In this document: positions 1 through 14,300 of the stretch, piece by piece
How the letters are laid out: each line of letters starts with the position of its first letter
Position numbering within the stretch: the first letter of the stretch is position 1
Origin: Lama guanicoe
Taxonomy: Eukaryota
DNA length: 64,000 nt
Reading direction: 5' to 3'
NCBI GenBank assembly: GCA_013239625.1
Contig: MU054212.1
Location: 5,056,270 to 5,120,269 of the forward strand
The notes under the pieces: generated by a model
What the model was told of the DNA's origin: nothing
Databases searched by the model: none
What the model saw: the letters and a program-made list of their open reading frames with translations, nothing else
Made by a program: the position numbers and the translations under genes

Positions 1-2448
1 CGAGTAACTAGAAGATTCTTAGATCTGAGGAGGAAACATCTTAACCCAGTTGCAGGGAGGGAGGTCGTTGGACATTCTACTTCAAAGACTGAGTAACCAT
101 CAAATGTGGTGTACCAACCTACGTGCTCATATTGGAGCCCTTGTCTCTTTGGCAACAGTGCAGCTAGAAGTTAGTAGACATGAAAGAAGAATTATTTCTG
201 ATGAGGTATTTGTGACACTCAGCTGCTCTAGGTAGCCTTACAGCACTAGTTTCTTATAGTGGACAGTAAAAAACTCTCCCACATTCCAGATTCTGTGTGC
301 ATTCTCTAGTCAAATGTGACCTATATCTGCATGTCTAACTAATTTATTATGTGTATTAAATCTAAAACTGTCAGAAAAATTAAGATTTTTAAAGTGATCA
401 TCGAATCTGAACCCTTTAGGTTACTATAAAGAAATCAGAAACAAAACCAAGAAATGATCTCCCACACTTAAAATTTACTTAGCAGAGACATCAGGGAGTG
501 ATACTAGGTTTCAGAGTTTCTCTCCTTCCCACATTATCTCAAAGCAGTGTCCTTTTTAGCAACTCTCTCTTCCTAATTCCTCTTAATCAGTTGAAATTTG
601 ATATATGTTACACTCATATATAGATATTTTTGTTGTTATTAATAGATAAAGCTATTTGAGAGCCATGTATAATTCTCATACCCAGTATAGTATATATTAA
701 TTTTAATCTATAAAATTATAATAAAGTATATTTTATGAATAAGGAAAAGGACTCAAAGTGGTTAGGTATTTTACAAATAAAAAACTGACCCTCAAAGATA
801 TTACCCAATGTTTTAAAAGTCACAGCTTTTAGCTCCCGAAGAAGTAGAAATTGTACCCCATCATTCAAGCTGTATAGTTGGAAAGAATTCTACTTACTAT
901 TCTTCACTAGCCCATGGACCCTAGAGAATTCTATGTCTACCATAATTTAATAGAAGTATGAAAGGCATTGTCTTGCTTGTTTGAAGATGTTAGTTACAAT
1001 TAAGAACAAGCTTCAAGGCATAAGCTGTTCCCCTATGACTACTGGAGAGCCAAGTTGGTACAATTATGAGAAAGGAAGTCATGCAAAGCTTAACCTTGCA
1101 AAATTGAGTGTTCCAGGTTGATTGACTCTGAAATATCAAAAGTAATAATAGAAAAATTTTGTCACAGTAGGTACTTGTTTATGAAAATGTCACTGTATGT
1201 ACCATATTGCTTTTGCATAATTGTTGCATTTCAGGTTTGTTCACTGAACAAGCTAATTCAACAGACAAGTTGTCATTAAATTTCACTAGTGGGAGGCACA
1301 TAAGATTTACAGGCTTTTAATAGTTCAAACGTTTCATCAGCTATCATTTTTAAAACTGTACTGCACTCATTAGTCATTTACAATATGAGAGCAATATCTA
1401 TTCAAATATTCAAAACTATTTTGAAATCTGTTTCTTAACCCTTCATTCACAAGTAAAATTTTAGGGGGGATTTTCATAGTATTTTAATTGTGCTTTCTTA
1501 TTATTACTGTAATATTTGCTCTATAACATACTTCTGGTGGTGGACATTCAATAAACACAGAGCCAAGTTAAATCTACTAATACTGTGTAAGAATTTCAAA
1601 TTAAAGCAGAATAAGGAACATAAAATAAAGCACTCTGTTTTGATTTTATTTTCTGATTTCTTAAAATGAATATAAAATGTTCATGATCACCATTTAATGT
1701 ATTTAAATTATGTATTTGTTCCTTTTAACAACCTAATTTATAGTAAAATACATTATTTTCAACACACATATTTATTAGAAATAATTAGCAGTCATTCCCA
1801 ACATTTAGAGAGAATGGTATATAAAGTACTTTTAAAAAGCTCTCTACATATTTATATGTAACCAGCAAGTACGTGGCATATTATTTTTGAATTAGTCATT
1901 TCTGTGTACATAGCCTATCCTTTAGAAGATTTTAAATTAATTATTAGTCCCTTTAAAAATACTTCACCAGGAAAGAAAATTATATTTCAAGAGCTCATCT
2001 TGAAATACGGCAACTTAATTGCTGTTCACTTTCCCTCCAACTTCCAAATCTAAATTATCTCTAAGCCAAGAAGTTCTGGTGAATGTAAGTGGACTAGGTA
2101 AGAGTTAGGTCATAGGTTGTTTGGGCTCTGGAAAGAGAAGTGGGTGCAGCCTTCTTCAAGGGCTGAGGAGGCCCCAGGAATGTTGCACTGGAGATCAGGG
2201 CAAGGAATATAGCACTGACGTTGGGGTAAGATGGGAGTTCAGCTGTGTGTGGATCTGGCAAAGGGAGTGGAGATTGATTTAGTCACTGACAAAGAGAAGG
2301 CCAAATTGGATCCTAATTTGGAAGCTAGGTGAATGCAAAATCCACTGAGAAAAAAATGTATCTCCAAATAACAGTCTCTCCTTGTGACTTGATTCCAAAA
2401 GTCCAGAGTCCTCTTTGCCTTCCAGGAATTGTACCATTGCATAATTCC

Positions 2449-3910
2449 TGTTTTTTTTCAAGTTGAAGTACAATATCATATTAGTTTCAGATATACAACA
2501 TAGAGATTCAAAATGTTTGTACATTATACTTCTTTTAAAGTTATTATAAAATAATGGCTCTATTTCCCTGTGCTATACAATATATTCTTGTTGCTTACCT
2601 ATTTCATACATAATAGTTTGTACCTCTTAATCCCCTACGCCTATCTTGCTCCTCCCTATTTCCTTCTCTCCACTTGTAATCACTAGTTTGCTGTCTGTAT
2701 TATCTGTGAGTGTTTCTCTGTTTTGTTATACTCATTGGTTTGTTTTTATTTTTGTTTTTTAGATTCTACATATAAGTGATAACACAGAGTATTTATCTTT
2801 CTCTGTCTGACTTACTTCACTAAGCGTAATACTATCCAGGTCCATCCATGTTGTTGCAAAAGGAAGGTTTTTGTTCTTTTGTGGCTAAGTAATCTTTCCA
2901 TTGCTATGTATACCACACTTTCTATGTCCATTCATCTGTTGATGGATGTTTAGATTGCTTTCATATTTTGGCTACTGTAAATAATGCTTCTATGAATATT
3001 GGAGTGCATGCATCTTTTTAAATAAGTGTTTTAGTTTTCTTCAGATATATATAAAGAAATATATATGTATAAAATTTATATATATCTCCAGCAGTGGAAA
3101 TGCTGTATCATATGGTGGTACTATTTTTAGATTTTTGAGGAACCTCCACAATGTTTCCCAATAATGGTTACACTAATTCACAATCCTACCAACAGTGTAC
3201 AAGAATTCCCTTTTCTCTACTTCCTCACCAACACTTGCTATTTGTATACTTTTTGATGATAGCCATGTTGACAGGTGTGATGTGATGGCTCATTGTGGTT
3301 CTGATTTGCATTTCTCTGATGATTAGCAATGTTGAGCATTATTTTCACGAGCCTGTTGGTCATCTGTATATCTTCTTTGGAAAAACGGGAAAATGTCTGT
3401 TCAGGTCTTCTGCCCATATTTAATTGGGTTCTTTTTCTGGTAGAGTTACAAGAATGGTTTATAAATTTTGGATATTAATCTCTTATTGGTCATATCATTT
3501 GCAAAATATTTTCTTCCATTCAGCAGGTTGTCTTTTCATTTTGTCAGTGGTTTCCTTTGATGTGCAAAAGCTTTTAAGTTTAGTTAGATCCTGTTTGTTT
3601 ATTTTTTGCTCTTGTGTCTTTTGCCTTAGGAGACAGATCCCCCCAAAAAATTACTTCTATTTGTGTCCAACTGTGTTCTGCTGATGTTCTCGTCTAGGAG
3701 TTTTATGGTTTCCAGGCTTACATTTAGGTCTTTAATCCATTTTGATTTTATTTTTGTATACGGTGTTAGAGAATGTTCTAAAATTTACTCTTTTACATGT
3801 AGCTGTCCAGTTTTCCCAGCACCACTTATTGAAGAGACTTTTTCCTCACTGTATATTCTTGTCTCCTTTGTCATAGATTAAATGGCCATAAGTGTATAGA
3901 TTTATTTCTG
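2449..3910 (-). mobile_element. 5'-truncated L1 (artiodactyl L1_Art/L1MA-type): 3'UTR and ORF2 C-terminal part
   Basis: T-run at 2451 (minus-strand tail), then typical antisense L1 text (tccatccatgttgttgcaaa, cattgtggttctgatttgcatttctctgatgattagc, ccagttttcccagcaccac). No TSD found. Confidence 0.9.
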
Positions 3911-4095
3911 ACTGAGACCGTGAACATGTAATGGAAGGAGGGTTCTTTATTCTGGAAAAGGTTACAACAAAGACATTCTCAGCTGCTTCTTGATAAGCAC
4001 TTGATCATCATCCGCTTCACTGCTACAGATGTAGAGAGATGGTGGGAACTTACTCAGAACTCTTTTGAGAATGGCTGAAATTTTCTGATGCACTT

Positions 4096-4402
4096 CTTTT
4101 TCCCCTTTCTGGGATCTCCTTTATTTTTTTAATTACTTTTCTTTCTTCTTTTTCAGTTTTATTAAGTAGAATTATTATAGTCTGACTGCACATACACATT
4201 ATATTGCATGTAAATACATATATACAGTATACTGCACATTTTTTAAAGTTTACATATATATAATTATTGTTTCTAAGAACAGATTAGAGCTTTAGCTTTT
4301 TAAACTTACATAGTTATCAAAGGAAAAAAGCCAACTACAAAATAAGAATCAACAGAATGCGGTAGTCCAGTCATAAAGGACAGTCAAATGTGCTTACACA
4401 TA
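4096..4402 (-). pseudogene. Short retrocopy of an mRNA 3'UTR end, parent not identified
   Basis: Direct repeat tgatgcactt at 4086-4095 and 4403-4412. Minus-strand AATAAA at 4158-4163 is followed by an A-rich tail. The body is AU-rich and 3'UTR-like. Confidence 0.7.
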
Positions 4403-4719
4403 TGATGCACTTTTGCAAACCAACTGCTTAGGTGCTTCAGGCTGAGTTCGTAACTGTTTGCTTCCCTGACCTTCCTGCTACAGATGGTCTGATCTTTGAT
4501 ATCTTCCTTGGACTTTCATTCCTCCAGCTTTTTCAATGTTCAAGTAAACCTTCATTCCTATGTTCTACTGTTATTCCTGAAATACATAGGGTGGGTCTGT
4601 TTTCCAGGTATAACCCAAAATATTATACCGAGTGAAATAAAAGATCCAAGTGCATCATCACCCAATCATGGTGGCACCCTGACTTGAACTTTCAGCCTCC
4701 AGAACTCATATACAATGAG

Positions 4720-4720
<1 letters not shown>

Positions 4721-4778
<58 letters not shown>
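4721..4778. repeat. Compound microsatellite (TG)16(TA)13
   Basis: Read directly. Confidence 0.97.
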
Positions 4779-4779
<1 letters not shown>

Positions 4780-4819
4780 GCATTATGGATTGTAAGTACA
4801 TATTTTAAAAATGTTCAGT

Positions 4820-5200
4820 ACATGAATTAAGGGAGAGGAAAGTTATTGTTGAGGCCCGAATCAATGATCTGAAAGCAAAGTGCAGAAAATCTCACCAAGA
4901 AAACAATAAAACTATTGAAATATAACTAATAGTTTAAAAATGAGATTGGAGGATATTTCCAAGTAGACTAAGTAGTTCTTAGAATGGCAAGGATTAAACC
5001 ACTACTCAGAGAAAAGTTCCCTGGTCTTTATAGAGGACTAGTTCAAAAGGTCACATCAAAATCCTGTTAAACTGGAAAAAGTGCATACCTAGGCATATAC
5101 TGATAAAAGTATTGAATTATAAGGATAATGAAAAAAAATTTTTACTTTCTTCCCTGTGAGAAAAACAAGAGAAAAATGTATTTATTGTACACCTCTGCCA
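4820..5200 (+). mobile_element. Very old L1/HAL1 ORF1-like fragment
   Basis: A-rich, with remnant motifs (aatcaatgatctgaaag, catacctaggcatatactgataaaa) resembling L1ME/HAL1 ORF1. Confidence 0.5.
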
Positions 5201-8200
5201 CACTGTAGTAGCATCATTGTGCAGTTGTAGGGTATTTTTGGTTTTGGTTTTTATCTTTTTTTTTTCTCAAAGTTTCTGCCTCCAAGGAATGTTTACCTAG
5301 CCAAGAGCTTATTATTGGCTTGTCCTGGCCAAAGAAATCATTCTTCCCCAGTATTCCTAGTCCCAGACTAGACTGAAGAAGAAAACAATCATAATTTAAA
5401 ATATAAAAATTCTCTGTGTATCCATCCAGGATTTTTAAATTAAGCCTTACTTGATTTATTTAAAAATGAATAATGATACGGAAATTTTAGGATACGACGT
5501 TCCAAGGAACCAGATTCTTCTCTTGCCCCTTTATTCTCTACTGAAAAGGTGTTTGTATTTATTTATCTTAAAAGGTATGTGTATTTGTTCATTCATTTGT
5601 TTGTTTATAACATTTGATATGAGTGTGCTGTTTTTATCCCTCTGCTTGTGAGATTTCAGTCTTTTTGACGTCTGACCAGAAGTAGACCCTCTGAGTAGAA
5701 TAGTAACATGGTTTTGCCAACAGGTTCCTCTACTTAAAGTCAGGGGTGGAAAGGTAGTCCTCACACATTCTTACTCTGTATCTTAATACAGGAAGAAGAG
5801 GGGAAAGAGAGATCATAATCATAACTCCATTATGTCATGTGAGGTTTATTAGACAACTTTTTGCTCTTGGCATTAAAGCCTTTTTTAAAGCAATGGTTTA
5901 AAAAGGGATTTATGACAGAAAGTCTGCCAACGTAACATGTTCTTTTTGTATTGATGTGAAATTTGTATTTGTGGTTACATTTATTTCAATTTAACGTAAG
6001 AAAAAAGAGAAAAAAATGTAAATACATTGTCATATCTTACCCTCATTCCATTGGTCTCCTGTTTGTCAGTGAACTTGTTTTATTCAGTGAAGTATGTGTG
6101 AAAGTGATTTGTTTTCCTTCAAAATAGAAACCTTAAGATCCAGGGCATATTTTGACGTTTTTTTCTTTTCTTTCCTCCTCCACAATTTCATATAGATACT
6201 TTTCAGTCAGCCTAGGCCCCCAGGTAAAGTCAGTGCAGAGAAAAAATGAGGCCAGCCCTCGATGGACGTTTACATGAGTGAGAAATGAACTTTTTGTCTT
6301 TCGTAACTACATCAGTGCTCAGGCCAATAAAATGAAATATGTCATTCAATCCATAAGAACTGCCTTTATTTCTGGCATCTCCTTTTATTTTATTACTAAT
6401 TGTTTTTCCACTGGTGAGACTATATGCATTGATTTCATTAATGCAAGCCAAGAATTATTCTACTTGCTAAAATCATCAGTGGGAAAATTTGAGAGATACA
6501 TTCCCCGCATTGTGACCTGGGAAGAGGTAGATGTTGGAAGTATTTCAAGATTTAAATCTATCAGATTATTAAACTGTTGTGAAAAGTTCATGAAGGTTGT
6601 TCAAACAAACTGTTAAGACTATTAAAACATGTTTCATCTCTACTAAAATGCCAGTTATCTAAACATTGTTTAAAATAATTGTCTTTAATTTGCTCTAAAA
6701 CTCTTTTAAAATATTCACTGCTGTCAGCTGGAGGAGGGTCTATTATAATGCTCTCCCTTAGATGAATCCGTGGCAATCTGTGTGCTAGCTGCCTAACCCT
6801 AAGTTTCAGAATTGAATTACACTGGATTAATCTCAGGGACTGTAGGTCTAACATAATGACTATACTCATGTCTGACTGCCCAATGCTGTAGATGTGTCAG
6901 AACACAGGATAATACAGAGGAAATGACAGGACCCTCACTTACCCACACTTTACTCAAACTTCCCATCTAGACGTTTCTGCCTCTGAGGTCAGAATATTTG
7001 CAACAGCTACGAGAATGTTAAAGAAATCTGTTTCATCTATTTTGACTGTTGCGATTTCAAACTATATTTTTAAATAAGAAAGTTTTATTTGGTTTACTTT
7101 TTTCCTGTCAATTCATAATTGCCATAGACGTTTATCAATACATTTGCATGCTTATGACAGAATGGTGTATTGTTTTTATTGCTAAGATTCATTTAAAATT
7201 GTTTCAAGCCAAGAAATATCTGTTGAAATACTAATAAATCATGATTCATCTACTAGGGTCTGCTTGTAACTATACAATCTTACAAGGCAGTCTATAATTT
7301 AATAAGAATACAGTTAATTTGAATTGATTATTGTTTAATCCATTGTGTTCATCTGGAGGGGCTGTATCAAAGACATTAAATTAGAGACATCTTTTCTTAA
7401 ATTAAAGACATCTTGGAAACTGGCTTTTCTTACAGAATATGTTGGCTGAGCTCCTGTAGAGGAGAATTTACCAAAAATCCAAGTCACTTAAACAAAGAGA
7501 AAATGTTATTTTTATAAACAAACATCTATACTTATATATATATATTTGTAAGTACATATATATACACATACATACACATATAAAATTGCACAAATATACA
7601 TTTTTTGTTGTAATAAAAAAGAATTCAGAGTTCCAATAGAAATCATTATTTCCTTATCACTGCTGAAAGGGTGCAGCAATGTGAAGCCAATTTACTGGTT
7701 GTAACAATAAAATGAGCTGTCAGTGCCAGAGTAAGGAAAGAATATACAGTCCCTGGCTTCAGGGACTCAGCAAGCGATTTTCATTGTTGTTTCCTGTTTT
7801 GGGATAGTGGGGAGAAGGGACAATTTTATAGTCTCTGCAAAATGGAAGGATAGCTCTCAGATGACCCCTGGCCCTTTATTCATTGCTGTGTCTAAGCATA
7901 TGCTACAATTTTGCCTCCAAATTCTGTCAAACTAAGACTAGGCTATTCTCATACATTCAAGTGCTGGAGAACATTGGAATGTGCTGCCACCATTACCTGC
8001 TGGTTGTCGGTACAAATGTGCATAAGAAAGAAGCACCATTCAAAACAGAAGTTTGGAGGAACAATAACTAGTCCAATTTATCTTTTGCTCCTGCTGGCTC
8101 TTTGGAGTGAGAATCAGCGCTCTTCCTCTAGCTACAAAAAGTAATCAACCTTGTATGAACACATCATAGGCATCTAATTGTCAACATTTTAATGCATTTT

Positions 8201-8289
8201 AATGGTTCTGTCATCCACAGATACTTGTTTTTTTTTTGTTTTGGTTTGGTTTGGTTTGGTTTGTTTGCTCTGATATGTCCCCAAAAGCT

Positions 8290-8665
8290 CTTGCCATCGG
8301 CTCAGGCTTTATTTTTTAACAAAGACGGAGTGTCACGTAGCCCTGTGGAAAGGGACTGTGCCAGGTGCTTTTGACTACAGGTTCCTAATGGCAGCACTTG
8401 GACAACTTTGGGTTGAGGTCATACAAGTGGACTGAGTCAGAATATTCAGAACTATAGTCTAGAAACTGGTAGGCTCATGAACTACTCACACAAGACTGAG
8501 TGGGATAAGAATTAATTACATAGGACTGAATAAACTGGTGAGGGATGATTGTAGGGTTTTTTTGGGAATACTGTTGGTGTTTAATGTTTTATTTTCTGGG
8601 TGTATAAGGAAGTTGTTGATCTTTCCTTTTAAGTTATCTGTAACTCATAACAATCTAGTTGACAG
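8290..8665 (+). mobile_element. ERV1 (MER4-group) internal non-coding fragment
   Basis: aagaattaattacataggactgaataaactg and cttttaagttatctgtaactcataacaat resemble MER4-group internal sequences. Confidence 0.5.
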
Positions 8666-8679
8666 TAACTGACTCAAGG

Positions 8680-9435
8680 GGGTGGAAAGCCAGGTTCTCT
8701 GTCAGCCTCTATTGACCCATAAGGAGGGCATTCACATCAGATGGGCTGGCCTGGGGGTTCAGGGTCACCAGAAGGTCTGCTTTGATATGACTCTGGCTAG
8801 AAAAGGGAGGGGCGCCTGTTTAATGCTCTCTACTAGGCGTCTCCTGACATCAACCCAGCAGAGAGGGAAGGAGGTGCCTTTTTAACTCTGGGTGCTGGTG
8901 GGAGTCCAGGTTTCCCACTTGATCTCAACAGGTGCCAAGGTGAGGGCTTGGTACTGCCCAGCAGGGATGGATGTGACAGACAAAGACTGAAAGTGTAGAC
9001 TCCTCTCTGGGCCCTGCTGGTGGGGATGGGGGTAGAGCTATATAGTTCTTGCTGTGGTGTTTGCCTGGAAGTATTCTGTTTCGCTGGATTGCCCCTTTCT
9101 AGGTCCTTTGGCTAGAGAGAGCGGGAGTTTTTTGTGGCTTTTTGTGTCTGCTTGTGTTGTTGTTTTCTGGTTGTCGATTTCTCCAGAACCCAGTCTGGAA
9201 TCTACAAAGCAAAACATAAGTAAAAAAAAAAAAACCGCAAACAACAAACCCTAGAGAACACATCTTTGTATTGTTCCTTAGGTCTTGAGATCCCTAATCA
9301 GCCTGCCTCCTGTTCTCTACTTTTCAGAGTTCTCTTATTTTCATACTAGTTTATAATGTCCAGGGATTTTAGTGTTAATTAAGAGAAGAAATAGGGGAAA
9401 ATATGTCTACTTCATATTTCCACATGAAGAATTCC
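8680..9435 (-). mobile_element. Ancient L1 5' end (L1MC/L1MD-type 5'UTR)
   Basis: gcccctttctaggtcctttggctagagagagc ... tataatgtccagggattttag ... aataggggaaaatatgtctacttcat match antisense L1MC/MD 5' ends as I recall them. Confidence 0.75.
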
Positions 9436-11232
9436 TCCGTTTCCTCAATTTCTTATTAAACGTTTCTGCTCTCAGAGCCTCACTAATCCCATCAGCTGCT
9501 TGCTATACGCAGCCCAACACCATACTTTTGTCCAATTTATTCCCCAAGCTCTATCCTTTGGCCTCTTAGCCCTTGATAATGAACTTTCTATCAGTAGGCT
9601 CTCCATCTCTTTTTATGCAAATTAATTTAATTTTCCAAGGTTTCTTCTCTTTCTTCTTCACCATCAACAACAATACATTACATCAGTTACAAACCTAGTA
9701 ACATAAATCTAATAGCCAACCACAGAGTCCTTTTTAGAAGACAGAGGAAAAAAGGTGGCAAGGTCTTACACATTAAACTTTTTTCTGGTTGAGTCTCATT
9801 TTTTTAATCAATTCAAAAATATGAAAAATATGTTAGGCACTTTTAAGAAGTTGTCTATTTAAACTCTCCAACAAACTTGAAGTATGTAAATTATTTAAAT
9901 TTATGTATCTGTTTGCTTATATGTATATTATTTTGTGCATGCGACTCCTTAGGAATAGTGCCAGAGCTAATCTGTGTTATGCTAGATAGATTTAAATAAG
10001 TTGCAAAAAAATATTCCTATGAATTTCTCCTAACTTAGACATTTGGAGAAATTTGCAACTTTACACTTAAGACCTTAGGAAAGTGACAATTCTGTGTGAA
10101 TGTATGTTTACTGATAAAAATATATTAGCTGAACATTACCAATAAACTATTGTAATTCATTTTTCATTATTTTTTTTCTTCAATATATCGTAATCAAATT
10201 TAACTGTATAGAACAGAATTAGGTACTGTTTGAAATTATTTTTGTGTAAGTTTTTGATAAAAGTGTGTAAATTTGTTATGTATTACCAAAATTCAGATTT
10301 AGATGTTGAAACCAATTTATACTACTAGAATAAATTCTTAAGTGAATGTTAGGCCAATTGTACCTCAAGAATCCTGGGCTTCTATTCTAGGGGGTTATTA
10401 TTTAAACAATTTTCCTATTAGGAGCTAGATTAAATCATGTTGATTCTTCCTGGGATGTGGATGACTGCATTAACACTAGATTGCACTGAGCAAGCTCGAA
10501 AGGGTTAATGCAGTTTTAAAATCCACTTAACTTTCTCATAAAGTAAAGCAGTTTATGCTACTTGAGTGATTACATTCATCTAAGGCAGAAAAATATCAGC
10601 TCTATTTAAAATAAAATAATATGCAAAGATATTTATTAGAGCAAGATGCTAATAAGGGCTCGCTGATTAGTTCTATAGTTAGAAATACCCTCTGTGATTC
10701 CATGTTGAGAATTAGCACTAAGCTAGTGCCAGACGGGAAAAAGTGAATAAGGTATAGTCCCTTCCGTAGACAAATGTTCAGTCCAACATTTCTTGAGATA
10801 CTTCAACCTGTGAAAGTTAAACAGTGAGTAAAGATCTATTTTAAGCTTTTCACAAATATATTTTATTCAAATCCTCTGGATACATTTTTGGGTGATTTCT
10901 TAAGCTACTACGTCGTTAATCTCCATGTACAGAAAAACTACTCAATTTTTGAGTAAAAATAAACCTGCCTACTACTCATACTTCAAATCTTAACTTTTTA
11001 AGATTTTCTTCATATTTTTAGAATTTTTTAAGGATTTTCCCTAAAAAAACATTAAATAAAGTAGGTGGAATATCTACTTCACTCTCCTTCACAGAGATTT
11101 ATTTTTCTTTTATAGCAGAATGAAATTGTCAATTATACATATATGTGTATATATATATGTATGTGTACATCCATATAGCTTATTTATTTTTGTTTTTTTT
11201 AATGTATCCACTTTTATTTTTTACTATATATC

Positions 11233-11345
11233 CCCCACTGGACCATAAGACCTTTGATTACAGATACTCTGTCTTGTTTGTTTACAGATCTATCCCCAGA
11301 ACTTTGAACAGAGCATAGCATCCACCACTAAGTGTTCAATAAATA
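11233..11345 (+). mobile_element. L2 3' end
   Basis: cccccactggaccataag ... tgtcttgttt ... taagtgttcaataaata. Confidence 0.75.
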
Positions 11346-14300
11346 GACTACAATATCAAGAAAACAGGGAAAAATATTTCTCTCCTTTAAATTTTAAGCA
11401 GATTGAATTACTTCAATGTTTTGTTTTAATTCACATAGCAATATGATTTCATGCCAAAGCTTATAAAATTGGGGGGGAAATGAGATAAAATATAAAGAAA
11501 AAAGTAATGCTAACCCATATTTTTATGGATTGCCTAAAGCTTCCATTGGACAATTTCTTTTATCTTCAATAAGTAATTTTTATCTGAGGGAGTAAGGTTT
11601 GAAAGGCAAAATGCAAATATGTTTTTAATGGTGATCTAAAGATAGTAATGTTTTATGCCGTGGCTGCTAAATCAATTGCTTCTTCTCATGTTGACCTATT
11701 TCTCCCCTTTTAGTTAAAATAGTCTCTTCCAAGTTTTAATAAATGTTTCATTAAAGCAGTTAAATATTGCAAGAAAGAAAAAAAGTAGAGATACTGAGTT
11801 ACTGAAAGTTTTATAAAATAATATCTCAATGTAAGTTAATATGTCAAAATATCAACTATTTCAATTTTAGATTAATTTTTAGAAATAAGATCTATATTCT
11901 ACACTGAAGTCAGGTTTCATGGTTTCTTCACTGAACAACTTGTGAAGACTCTTTCCTTACCTCTGTCTGCTAATATCAACACCGTGCGCAGTATACTGAG
12001 TTTAGTTCAAGAGTTATATTGCTGGATGAATGTTTAACTCTATACATTATTGGCAAGTGTGTTACTTACAAATCAGATTCAAAAGAGTCACAGATCTTAC
12101 TAAACTCTACTAATAATTCAAAAGATACAAGTAATCACTTGGGTCAGCAGAAACATTATTTTCTCAGAGAAGTCTTAGACTAGGAATTACAGTTCTTAAA
12201 AATGCAAATAATTTTTTTCCCAGAATCAGACATATTTTGTTTTCAGATTTAAGATATGCATTTCTTCTTGAGCAATATGTATATGCAGAGGCATTGCTCA
12301 TATGGAGGGAGCTCTTTTACTTTTGAAACATTCCTGTTATGTAATTCATTAATTACACAGTTTATTTAACTAGCCCCCATTCTCCAGCCACCCATAAATT
12401 TTAGGCTTACATACAAATAAAGTGTCTAGTCATAGCTGATAGTTCCTGCTAAAATCATTTCACAGGTAGGAACTCAGTTATTTTTCCACTAGTAATTAAT
12501 ATTAGCACTTCAATCAGGAGGGTTGGTGAGGAGTGGGGGTTATTACGTTTGTGTGTTTATTAGAAGATTTTCTTGAAGTCTTTTATTCCTTCTGATTGTC
12601 CATATCTAAATATAGAGCAAATGTTTTACAGGGCTGCTGCTGCTACTTCCCTTCCACTAATAAAGCACTGGTAACTATCTGGGGCTAGGTCTGAGGATTT
12701 TTGTTTTCCTAATTTCTTGAAACAGCCAACATATAAAGTGTGATTAAGAATTGCCTACTTTGCTTGGGTGCTCTAAAAAATTCCAATTTCCTGTTCTTGA
12801 AAACACATGCATAGAAATTTCTACCTTGTTTTGTCTTGTAAGAGAGATTAAGATTTTCTCTACGATACTAAAACAATATGTTCAATAGAAGTCAGCCCCC
12901 ATACACAAAAATCTGTTCTTCTAAATAATGCTGAGTAACCAGATTTTACTGCTGTTTAATTCATTTTAATTATCTATCTACGTATCAATCTACAGATATA
13001 GCTGTAATTCTTTATCTATATATCTATATCTATCCTAAAGACCTTCACTGGTATATCTTTAGATAATCTTTGAGAAAAATATAAACAAATATGTATTGAA
13101 ATTAATACCATTGGGATTATGAGTGCTCTTATAAAACTGCAGAAATAAAGAAATACCTTTTTATGCCTATCAACAGTAATTTGATTTTACTCTTATCAAC
13201 AACATTCAAAATCTTTCAAGTGAAAACTAAGGTGCCAACTCTCCCATCTCTCCCTATGCTGTTATTGTAAATAGATAAATGGTGTATCACAAATTATCAT
13301 TGTCTGTTCCTGTTCTTTTTTTTCAGTTTGCAAGGACTTCTTTCATGTAATCACTTACTTCTCAGTGCATGTACAGGTTCAACAAGAAGAGTTAATACAA
13401 CACTGTCATCTTGATTTAATATCAAATTACTTTCATGCCATTTGTTTCTTTCTTTTTTTTTTTTTTTTACTATTTTAAAGGAAAAAATGCAGTCCCTGCT
13501 TCTTCTATATGCATTATTTCTAGTGTACTGGCAACTCACATAAAAAGCAACCCTAGGGGGTTGACTTCAGAGATGATTATTTCCTCTTTGTGATGGTTTG
13601 TGTGATAGAATGTGTCAATCTAAACAGCAAGCGACTTTTTAGAGTATGTTTTCAAGGCTGCCCTTGAATGATGGCTTGTGTTAGAAGGTTTCAAGACAAG
13701 ACAGTTTTAGGACAGGACAGCTTTAGGAGGTTTTATTTATTTATCTTTAAAGTTTATTTAATTTTTTTTTAAAGAAACCTACCTAGCATAACTGCAGGCT
13801 AGAGATTTGAATGAAAGATTTCTAGAAGGACTTGGCTTCGACTAGAAGACATTCTGCACAGAATTCTTACTAATCTGAAAATGAAAGGTAGTCACTTAGA
13901 AATAACCTTACTTAACTTTAGAATTAACTTCCCAGCCTGCATTTTTATTGAGAATGGAGTTACTGGAATCAAGGTTTGCCAGTAATTCCATTTGTTGGGA
14001 ATGACATTATTGGAACTGAGGTATGGTACCCGTAGCTCTTTATTCCCCTAAATAACATGATCAAGTAAGGGAAAAATATGAAGGCTAAAGAAATCAGGGA
14101 CCTCACAGATACAAAACCATAGCCTGCTACTTTTATTTTTTTTCCAATGCTTTCTGTTTAATTACCATCCGATTCTTATTCACTGTGGTGTATATTTGAA
14201 ACTACTACTCAAACCTGAACTTGAATAAAAATATCCAATCACACGTGTAAGTTAATAATTATAAGAAAATTGCTCTGCTATGTCATACAAAAATACTGCA

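Noticed and set aside
6278..6869. Opposing 112-aa and 93-aa ORFs
   Set aside because: No homology recognised; expected by chance in 64 kb.
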